From Zygophlyctis sp. KS116 (lineage: Eukaryota; Fungi; Chytridiomycota): DNA of 9,959 bases. The stretch lies in contig BAAFSQ010000340.1 in assembly GCA_054661495.1 (NCBI GenBank), positions 1 through 9,959 on the forward strand. The letters run 5' to 3'. Below are positions 1 to 8,345 of the stretch, piece after piece; positions within the stretch are counted from its first letter, which is position 1; the number at the start of each line of letters is the position of its first letter. The notes below the pieces were generated by a model that worked only from the letters and a program-made list of their open reading frames with translations, did not search any database and was not told the DNA's origin. A program made the position numbers and the translations under genes.

Positions 1-1241
1 CTCCTCTATAATATGTAAAATGGCAGACAGTCTAAGTACAGTCCCAGGAAGCTTAGATAGCTCTCCTGAGTAAACTTCATCAACTGAATCTTGGCGTTTT
101 AAATTGATTAAGTCATAAATCTTATCAAATGCATAATTTTCGGGGATGAAAATTATTTTCTTGGAGCAATCCTTTTTTTAGTTAAAATTACTTACATCTG
201 AACTAAAATCCACCTTCCTGGTGACCGAGTGAAAAAAATCAAATATTTTTAAATATAGCTCTTTTCATCAATGAGTAAAAAAATTCCTTGTAAAACTTTT
301 CCATCGAAACAATTATGGCGAATCTCATCCAGAGATACAAAACTGGAGCGAAAGCAAGTAAGAATGAACCTTAATAGTTAAATGACTGCCAATGTTTACC
401 TTTCAAACAAACCATCATGGTTTTGATCTTCTCTGTTTAAAAATTTCATAACCGATTCAGGATGAATACAACCAATAAAATTTAGACTCATAGTTGGAAT
501 TTCAACTACTCCTTTTGTTTTAGTGATGTATTTGAATTTTCCTCCACCGTGAAAATTCAAATATTGAGTTCTGAATTTGTTATCATCTTTAAATAACTAA
601 ATATCGAGAATACCTTTCTGAGAATACAGTTTATTGAAAAAAGTCTCAGATTCATTGGCCACCTGTAACATTTCTCCTTTGTTAGTCATAAGTCGGTTTG
701 TTAGTCCTTCCAGGGTTCCATCCAGAAAAATTAGATCAGCAGTTCCACTTGATTTTAAAAAATCGTTAAGAGGGTCGATCATTGTTTTTAATATCGGAGA
801 CTTCTTAGACCCCTTTCTCCCCACTAACAACGCAAAAATAATTATGGGTTCTTCCCAATTGACCGACGAGTCGGGCTTCACGTAACAGTTAGCGCCTAAT
901 AGAAGAGATACAATAGGTATCAAAACTGTTAGAATGGCTATAGGATCCACTGCTAAAGATTCCGCTTTTTATTAAAATGCTCATATTACCTATAGATTCA
1001 ACTAAATTTGCGGTATTTTCCCCGCAGCATTCTAGAATTTGTGGCGTGATACCGAGACAATCAAACACTCTTATTTTCATTATATTTTATGATACCTTTG
1101 TGAGACGGTGTCTTCCCATTCTTTTTTGAGTTTTTTTTTGGAGGGGCTTTTTTTAAAATAAGAATAAAATTACCTATCAAAAAATAGAGAGCTTCTCCGT
1201 TTGAGGTTACTTGATGCTTCGCAGGTTTCATGAGCAAGCAT
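1..1241 (-). CDS. Spliced DUF3987/YfjI-like P-loop NTPase/helicase gene, 3'-partial (continues past position 1)
   Basis: ATG at 1241. Exons 1241-1174, 1146-1096, 1069-990, 964-614, 586-400, 369-287, 260-196 and 171-1 join into a stop-free 352-codon frame. Motifs: WEEPIIIFALLVGRKGSKKSP (Walker A-like), GTLEGL, ANESE (Walker B-like), SLNFIGCIHPE, DGLFERF, SKLPGTVLRLSAILH. These resemble DUF3987 proteins and explain ORF-track fragments 597..950 and 889..1080. Confidence 0.75.
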
Positions 1242-1246
1242 TTAGA

Positions 1247-1463
1247 AAACGCGACAAAAAATGGGCGCGAAATCCGTTTTCTTATCTCAATTACGTCATT
1301 ATTGAATTTTGACCAATCATATTTAATTAAATATTCCGAAATTTGAAAGTTGAGAATTGAAAAAGAAAATTTATCGTGAGAGTTGAACTTACGTCATGAG
1401 AAATTTTTTCGGTCCGTTAGGCTCTCTTATTAATTTGCAACAAAATTTGCGCGGGACGCGAAA
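1247..1463. promoter_or_regulatory. Putative promoter of the DUF3987-like gene with E2F/MCB/SCB-like, CRE-like and CCAAT motifs
   Basis: GCGCGAAA at 1265-1272 (TTTCGCGC on minus), TTTGCGCG at 1446-1453, ACGCGAAA at 1456-1463, TTACGTCAT at 1291-1299 and 1389-1397, CCAAT at 1313-1317. All lie in AT-rich DNA directly upstream of the ATG. Confidence 0.4.
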
Positions 1464-1549
1464 TTCTCCGAACTCAAAGACTGGCTGCCAAATCAGTGGC
1501 ATTTTGGATCTTGGTCAAAGTTGTCCGATTTAGGACTTTGATAGCTCAT

Positions 1550-2878
1550 TTTAAAGATCACAAAAAGCTGGAAAACATACTAAAAACTCAGAAGTAGATT
1601 ATGACAATTGGATGCGCTAGAGCAGGTTAAACAAGGAAATTTCAACATGACTTCAAATGAGTTTATCTTCTAAACGCGCTATGCGATTCTCGCTCGGGTG
1701 ATCCACCTGATCAATACTCAGCTTCTATTGAATCTAAACTACCCCGTTACATAACAAATGCCTTACCTCAAACTCGTATTGCAGAAATAATCGTCAGTTT
1801 TCCTCAAATCGTAGCACCAAAAGTATGGATCGGCATGATCACCAGCCTGATTCATACGGTCGTTCCCAGGATCGGCGTCCCAACAGTTCAAGTCTCTGAG
1901 TGGTTAAGTCACAAAATTATCACTCACGCACCGTCAAACTCCCCCTACAATTCGCCATTATTAGTAGTACCCAAAAAAGGGAAAGCTCAGCGGGTTTGTA
2001 TTGACCCCCGGCCTACATCGGTGGCTGGATTCAATTATGTTTTGGTTCGTGTGGACGTACTCACTAGATTTATAATTCTTCGACCGTTACATTCAAAATA
2101 AGCTTCTGAAGTAGCGCAGCAGTTGTTCTGTATCTGGTCCGATATTGGTTCCCTAAGATAATCCAGTCATATAACGGTGGTGAATTTGTAAATGCCATAC
2201 TCAAGGAACTCACCTCCAACCTAGCCATTGATCACCGACTCAAGACTCCCTACATTCCTAGATCGGAAGGTTTAGGAGAATCGGCAGTTAGGAGTTTCAA
2301 ATCTGTTTTCGTCAAACTAATATTTAGTGAATACTCTAGATGGGAACAATTCCTCCCTTATATTCAATATTTTCTCAACTAAAAAATTCGCGCCGTACAT
2401 GGATCTACGGCATTTTCTCTCATGTTCTCCAGAAATGCTAATCCTTTCACAAATTATTCTAGTGTTCGCCAGGAACCACTATCACCTGTTGCGTTGCGCA
2501 CCCGTCTCGCACATATTCAGTCTGTACTTTTGCTATTTCTGACGAACTCAAGAAATCTCAACAGACAATGCAATGGTAAATGTGTTAAATTCTAATCAAA
2601 AAATTCTAGACCAACCATTTCGTAACGGATCGTATGTCATGTGAATTGATAAAACCCGCTCCAGTACTCTGCAACCTCGCTATGAAGAACCCTTTAAAGT
2701 TAGGAGACGCACAGCCGGTGGATCTTATGTATTACTAGATTCAACAGGTGCCCTTCTGTCTCGTAATTCTCCCCATGATCACCTAAAAGTATCTCTTTTT
2801 CCCCTGATTCCGATTCACAGTCGTATGAGGTTCAAGCGATCCTGAATCATCGTGGCACACCCAATTCTCGTGAGTATT
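1550..2878 (+). mobile_element. Degenerate, internally deleted Ty3/Gypsy retrotransposon with chromodomain (gag-like remnant, RT N-terminus, integrase, chromodomain)
   Basis: RT N-terminus WLSHKIITHAPSNSPYNSPLLVVPKKGKAQRVCIDPR is fused to integrase PTSVAGFNYVLVRVDVLTRFIILRPL...PKIIQSYNGGEFVN...DHRLKTPYIPRSEG. This is followed by a GPY/F-like LQPRYEEPFKV and chromodomain start SYEVQAILNHRG. Stops and frameshifts are present; the left boundary is approximate. Confidence 0.88.
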
Positions 2879-2929
2879 CAGCTCAATTAAAATACTCAAA
2901 ACTTAGTATTGTATTTTTGTGTATGTTTT

Positions 2930-4066
2930 ACATTGAGAAGAGTCTGATGCCAAATTCTTTACAGTAAATTTAATCATGTTTAGTAGTTGGTGGTAGTTTT
3001 TCTTGCCTTATAATTACCATCCATTGACCAGTGGACGCCAAAAATTAGGGTTAGATTTCCAGCCCTTACGAGCTCAGTTTTTGGAACTATATGAATTGTT
3101 TGTTGATTGATTTGGAACTCGTTATTAGGCTGATCTTCATTAGTTAGCATTTTAGATTTTGTTGCATTGAGTGACATTTTATGTGATTTTAAAAATAATT
3201 TAATATCCTCAAGCATCTCCTGAAGAACTTGGTTTTTAAGGGAAATTCGATGAATATCATCCGCATAAGCGAGTACTGAGATGTTTATTGTATTGTTTAA
3301 TTTATTTCCTATTTTGCTTTGTAAATGTGTTAAGATTTCATCGTAAAAAATATTCCATAAAAAAGGAGACATTGGATCGATCGCCTTGAAACAGTCCTCT
3401 TTCAGCTGAAAAAATTTGCGTTCGTCCGGCTGGTGATTCAGTAACCCTAATTTTTCTAACCTGATTTATAAAGTGACTAGAGACTTTAATTCACTTGCGA
3501 GATTGTTCTATACTTTGAAAGGGAACTGAGTCGTATGCTTTTTGGACATCGAGCGATTCCATGTAAAGGTTGTTTTTGGGTTTCTAACCCTTTTGGCGTC
3601 GTCGATCAATAGTCTTATGATCATTATTAGATCTTTTGTACTCATATCTTTTGTAAATCCAAAATTGTTTCCTTTCAGAACAGTATTATTATTTATTATT
3701 TTAGTGATTCTAATAGAAGTAATTGACTAAATAATTTTTTAAACGTATCTATCAGTGGAAATGGTCTGGTTTTGGATAAGTCGCCATCAAATGATCCGAT
3801 TTAGGAATTAGAATTATCTTAGCAATGTTGAAATATCCGGAAGTTGTTCTTCTGCTAACATTAAGTTTAACAGTTGAAGTAATTTTATTTGAAATTTGTG
3901 ATAAGCCTGGAGTTTTATTTCTTCTTAATTGTTTAATAGACTCTTGCATTTCTGGAATTGAGAATTCATCCGAAATATGATTGTATAGATTGTGATCAAT
4001 ATCAGAGATAAATTCCTTTTTCTATGTGATCTGTTGTTCATTTTCACTATATATTATTTTAAAATA
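2930..4066 (-). mobile_element. Degenerate non-LTR (LINE) reverse transcriptase fragment
   Basis: Motifs in order on minus: NKTPGLSQISN, AKIILIPK, NFGFTKDMST, DVQKAYDSV, RGLFQGD/PMSPFLWNIFYD, VLAYADDI, LNATKS, FGVHW. Several frameshifts and internal deletions. Confidence 0.92.
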
Positions 4067-4083
4067 ACCCTAAGACTTAAAAT

Positions 4084-4160
4084 CTGATGTGTTAGTTTCT
4101 TTTTAATCAACTTTATTACCTGATGTGCCAGCTTCTTTTTAATCAACTAGGACACATCAG
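4084..4160. repeat. 29-bp imperfect direct repeat plus short inverted copy
   Basis: ctgatgtgttagtttctttttaatcaact (4084-4112) versus ctgatgtgccagcttctttttaatcaact (4120-4148), 3 mismatches. acacatcag (4152-4160) is the reverse complement of 4084-4092. Confidence 0.8.
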
Positions 4161-4285
4161 TGTGGCGCATGCCTTTGTATTAATGAGAAAGTCTAATTTT
4201 AACTCTCCCCCTGACTTTGGAATGCATATAATCCAAATCCTTTCATCATGGTACTTAGCTTATGACCAGGAACACCTTTGGTCAC
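4160..4285 (-). mobile_element. Probable Copia 3' remnant (RNase H C-terminus, polypurine tract and LTR start)
   Basis: Minus frame TKGVPGHKLSTMMKGFGL resembles the Copia (AD..)TK...GL terminus. It is followed by AGGGGGAG (4212-4205), a typical PPT. Confidence 0.5.
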
Positions 4286-4326
4286 TTGAAGCCCTTTTAT
4301 GATCCTTTAGTAAGAGCTACGCAAGC

Positions 4327-4632
4327 CTAATTATCTTCATAAAGTTTGATTTTTCCTTGAGATTTTCTTTTTTGGGGTAGGTCAAAATTTAATGTTAGTT
4401 TTATGGGATGATGATGTAGTCTTTGCTCTATTTTATAGAGAATTGATATGTCGTTTGTCTCTTTTAAATACACCATGTTCTTCAATAGGAACATACACCG
4501 AGTCCCAATATTTGAACTTGATCTTTTATCCATTGATCTTGATATCATGAATACCAATCTAAGAAATTCGCGCTCATTAAAGATATTTTCCTTGAGACAC
4601 AAATAGAAAGGAGCAAAATCATTAGCCTTCAA
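4327..4632 (-). other. Unassigned 101-aa ORF
   Basis: Open frame only, with a non-ATG start and no recognisable motif. May be spurious. Confidence 0.15.
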
Positions 4633-4833
4633 TTTCGGAGAAATATTATTTAGGTTTCTTAGACTTAAATGTCAGTACATAGATTAACCCTATTAATTCT
4701 ACTTTTGTTGATGAAGGATTTTGTGAGTCTACTATAATTGATTGTTTATGTATTATATTTTCTTGATTGTCCCGCATTAGAAATCCTGCACCCATCTCAT
4801 TGGATTCTCAAATTACTCAGATTAAGATAAAAC

Positions 4834-5034
4834 ATGATTTTCTTATGGGAGCAGGTGAGATTAAGTATAACTTATAACTAGCAGAGACCATTTGAGAATA
4901 ATTTACATCCTCACCCAAGAATTAAGGCAGTAAAGACATTTCTTGATAGACTCACTATTGCTCATGCTATTGAAAAAGACGAATGGTTAGAAGACAGAGG
5001 AATTGATACGGACGGGTACACGGTATCCAATTTA
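4834..5034 (+). pseudogene. Unidentified coding fragment, probably spliced, truncated at a telomere-type tract
   Basis: Candidate 27-nt GTGAG...TAG intron at 4855-4881, then an open frame QRPFENNLHPHPRIKAVKTFLDRL...EWLEDRGIDTDGYTVSNLR that runs into AGGGTTAGGGTTAGG. Family not recognised. Confidence 0.3.
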
Positions 5035-5049
5035 AGGGTTAGGGTTAGG
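5035..5049 (+). repeat. Interstitial telomere-type repeat (AGGGTT)2.5
   Basis: agggttagggttagg at the junction between two unrelated fragments. Confidence 0.85.
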
Positions 5050-5088
5050 CAGTAGGTTCAGGTTTTGTAACAAAACCTGAACCTACTG
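5050..5088. repeat. Perfect 19-bp-arm palindrome (fold-back)
   Basis: cagtaggttcaggttttgt-a-acaaaacctgaacctactg. The right arm is in frame with Copia pol (TKPEPTDTPF...MYRS). Confidence 0.95.
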
Positions 5089-5789
5089 ATACACCATTTA
5101 CAAATAATACAATGTATCGATCAATAATAGGATGTCTACTGCATATATCAAGACAAACACGTCCAGACATTTTATATGCAGTAAACGTGCTATCATCGCA
5201 TTTAGTTAATCCTATGCAACGACATTGGTGTGCTGCGAAACGAATTCTTATATACTTATATCATACAAGACTTGAATCTTTAAGAATTGGTCCATCGAAT
5301 CACAAAGGGTTATCTGCATACTCGGATGCCACCTGGGCTGATGACCCAGATACTCGTCTGTCACGAACAGGGGGAGTAATTTTTTACAATGGTTCATTTA
5401 TCTCTGCACATTCTCATCAACAGCGATCTATCTCACTCTCAGCAACACAAGCTGAATATCAAGCACTTTCAAGTGCAGTACAAGAAATCTTATATTTTAG
5501 GACCTTACTACAAGAGATAGGATACAGTGAAAATATTCCAACACCTTTGATGTGTGATAATCAAGGTGCATTATATCTCGCCATTTCAACAAAGAATCAC
5601 CCTAAAATTAAACACATAGCCATTAGGTATCATTTTATACGAGATGCTATTCACAAAGATGAAGTTAAACTCGTATACGTTCCCACTCAAAATCAAATTG
5701 CAGACATGTTCACCAAACCTCTTCCTCCCAATCTTTTTCATAAATTCAAAAAAGAAATCGGAGTACATGCATGGAATTTAAGAATTTAA
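5070..5789 (+). mobile_element. Ty1/Copia pol 3' fragment (RT C-terminus and RNase H), open frame, 5'-truncated
   Basis: YRSIIGCLLHISRQTRPDILYAV, HWCAAKRILIYL, YSDATWA, SRTGG, SLSATQAEYQA, CDNQGA, KHIAIRYHFIRD, QIADMFTKPL. Confidence 0.96.
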
Positions 5790-5829
5790 CCGCGTTGAAT
5801 TTTCCGGACATATTCACGCGTGATTTGTT

Positions 5830-5992
5830 GGATAGGGGGAGTGACAGAATCTGATCAATTCTGATCATATTCCTATGATATCCAACAACCTCTATTCATA
5901 TTCTATAATTAGAAATACTATTTTTAGGTACCTGCCTTAAATACGGCAGTTCTATAAATAAATACATCTCATTTTTATTTAAAAATCTATCA
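5830..5992 (+). mobile_element. Copia polypurine tract (5830-5841) and putative 151-bp 3' LTR (5842-5992)
   Basis: GGATAGGGGGAG is followed by TGACAGA...TCTATCA (TG..CA ends, 6/7 terminal inverted repeat). Overlapping TATAAATA and AATAAA lie at 5953-5962. Confidence 0.65.
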
Positions 5993-6009
5993 CTTACTAT
6001 AGATACCAC

Positions 6010-6134
6010 TTTCCACGTTTAAAGATATCGCCAATTGGTTTTTGACTCTTCAAAACCAAGCCGAGATTCATGAGTCTCGTGCAGATTTTTTGACTTCAAA
6101 AGCCCTCCTAGCGAGAGGTCAAACGACCAGAGGA
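6010..6134 (+). mobile_element. Possible Copia gag-like fragment
   Basis: Open frame STFKDIANWFLTLQNQAEIHESRADFLTSKALLARGQTTRG resembles the gag region before the zinc knuckle. Weak similarity only. Confidence 0.3.
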
Positions 6135-6138
6135 AACC

Positions 6139-7078
6139 CTAAGTGTGTTCTACTATTACTCTTGCTTTAGAAAATTCTAAATTAAATAATGCATTTTCTG
6201 GAACTTCTGCAGCAGGATTTCTATAAGGAGTAAGCGTGTGCTTGCTAGCTGCATACCCTGAGTCTCCTAGTAGGTGTTCATTAGGGCTTAAATACATATG
6301 AGGGCGCAAAAAAAGTGTGGTTTGGCTGAAAGCTGTTTGATCGAATATAGACCCTGGCCAGTCCACTTGATAATATAGTATCCTTCTATTGAAATCACAG
6401 ACTATTTGCGCATTTAAAGAATATCGGCATTTACGAGTCCAAAAAACTTCCCCATCTATTGCAGGCTTCTGGCTTAAATTAATATGTGTTACATCAATAA
6501 TTGCCACTGCATTTGGTAGATTGTATTTTGGTTTGAGTCAGGCCACTTTATGAACTCTTTTTCAATGACAACATGGCTGTCAAAAATCTGTAAATAAACT
6601 AATTTTAAAAGAATACCTCTTCATATATAGAGTAACTGTCCCATTGCCCACGCCAGCCGATCTGGCAATCTTTCCAACAGCAGCCCCGTTCCTATCAGAG
6701 CCTAGCTTTTCTAGAGCGACCAATGCTTGAATCCAACAATCTCTTTGAGTACGTCTACTGTTGTTTACAAAAACTGGATTAGTCGCAATCTTCGAGACTA
6801 TAAATTGGAATGTGTCTCTATTAACTCTTACAATCTGTTTAAACTCTCTTTCTGAATACTCCCATAGTAAATTTCGCAACTGGACTGTCTTTGGAACATG
6901 GGTTTTGGAAGACATAAATCTGGTAATATTATTTGTATGCTTTGTACCTAGTCGATAGCAAAAGGGCCTGATATTCTAAAAACTCATCAGCTAATTTATC
7001 ATCATAATTAACAGCTGCGAGGAGTACTATGTTCTGAAATTGATTCTTAAGTTGTTGGCGATTTGAAATTCTTGGCAT
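6139..7078 (-). pseudogene. PIF/Harbinger (HARBI1-like, DDE_Tnp_4) transposase, spliced, frameshifted and 3'-truncated
   Basis: ATG at 7078 (MPRISNRQ); introns 6947-6920 and 6616-6588. Motifs FKQIVRVNRDTF, GVGNGTV, IKWP, IIDVTHI, YSLNAQIVCD, WPGSIFD, LLGDSGY, LTPY, FNLEFSKARVIVEHT. Indels near 6520-6565. Confidence 0.92.
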
Positions 7079-7174
7079 AAAAGGCGCGTTTTAGACCCGT
7101 TTCAAATTTCGCAAACTAACCCACATTTTAATTTATTTCCATATTAAAAGCGCTTTATTTTTTCGCGTTTTTTT

Positions 7175-7191
7175 CATATTTGAAACCCCCT
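7175..7191 (-). mobile_element. Possible Harbinger 5' terminus/TIR
   Basis: Minus strand AGGGGGTTTCAAAATAT directly abuts the Crypton-like coding fragment. The partner TIR is absent, so this is unconfirmed. Confidence 0.3.
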
Positions 7192-7193
7192 AT

Positions 7194-8345
7194 AGAAATA
7201 TTGAATTGTGCCCTGTTAGGGCTCTTGCATTGCATTTACTTCATCGTTTTCACATCCAGAAAGAAAAACGACCGGAATTCGCAGACCGCTCTCTATGGTA
7301 GAACAGAATGATATTAAAGGTAAGGTAAGCATTATGAGTATTTAGATTATAGGGACATGGTCTACAAGAAAAAAAATATGAAAAGCAGAGAGAATATATT
7401 CTTAAAGGTTACAAAGCCTTTGACGTAAATTGTAACAAGTAGGTTTCATAATAAACTATTAGGTAAGTCATGTTGGGAGAGCACGTGGAGCCATAGATTT
7501 AGCTCATGCAGGTGTTTCTCAATCAGCAATTGAACGAATGGGGTTTTGGGGTCTAGATGCTTTGAATGGTTCATATTTGAGTAAAGTTCTACCAGTGGAG
7601 TGTCTCCACGTTTTGGCAGGCTATTCAAAAGACGAGCCCTATTTTTTACACAGAAGTGTCATCCAGCCACCGCAGGAGCTGCAGAATGAGATTTCCCCCT
7701 GGATAAATGAGTTGGAGAAAGAATGTAAAACTAGTATTGAACAAAACTTATTGAACAAAACGGTACAGAATACTCAGGTTAGCACAATTTTTTTACACAC
7801 TAAGGCCTTGGACTAATAAAACTACTCAGGTTTCTTAGGATACCTAAGAACAAGAAAAACCTATATTGGCATTTGGATGTCTTCAAACTGGCCGTGTTCA
7901 AGTCTGAGATATTTAAAGCGTTTGCAAGGACTCTAGGAGGTGGTATGGAGGAAGCTCGAATCCCTAGGAGCGAATTACTAGAAAGGGTTAAACCCACACA
8001 ATTTATAAATAGGCAGTTCCAGCACTTAAACAAAGGGTTAGGGTTAGGATGAAATTCAACAAATTATGCTGGCTCAGGAGGATACTCCAATTGTAAAACT
8101 CGGCTCTTACGACGTAATTCGAACAGTCAGGGATGTTTGGGCGGAGTGGAAGGAACCATGGGATGGACATCCGTCGATTAAAGAGTTGATTAATCAGTAC
8201 GGGTACAGTTGGCGAGTGAAAAGTGCTGCAGAAAAAAAACTGTTTTCAAGAAGGAAGTTTTTGCGGATTTAGAAGAGGAGAGACGCGGACAAGCACTAGC
8301 CACATGGATTGACGACCGAAGAAAGCGTCAGAGTACTGATTCATA
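7194..8345 (+). mobile_element. Crypton (CryptonF-like) tyrosine recombinase remnant with NDC10_II-like region and GCR1_C domain, pseudogenised
   Basis: RNIELCPVRALALHLLHRFH, SHVGRARGA (HxxR), ERMGFWGLDALNGSYL (catalytic Tyr region), YFLHRSVIQPPQEL; GCR1_C-like TVRDVWAEWKEPWDGHPSIKELINQYGYSWR...FSRRK. Introns 7320-7352, ~7439-7462 and 7778-7804. N-terminus missing. Confidence 0.88.
8034..8048 (+). repeat. Interstitial telomere-type repeat (AGGGTT)2.5 inside the Crypton coding frame
   Basis: agggttagggttagg. Removing 8041-8047 restores the reading frame. Confidence 0.85.

Noticed and set aside
3442-3450. TAACCCTAA telomere-phase 9-mer in LINE
   Set aside because: It reads in frame as K-I-R-V-T in a plausible RT segment, so no lesion can be demonstrated. 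Ambiguous and not counted.
6062-6079. Near-palindrome CGAGATTCATGAGTCTCG
   Set aside because: It is short, has one mismatch and lies within an open gag-like frame, so it may be chance.
7215-7221. GTTAGGG in Crypton
   Set aside because: It encodes the conserved CPV(G/R)AL motif, so it is native coding sequence.
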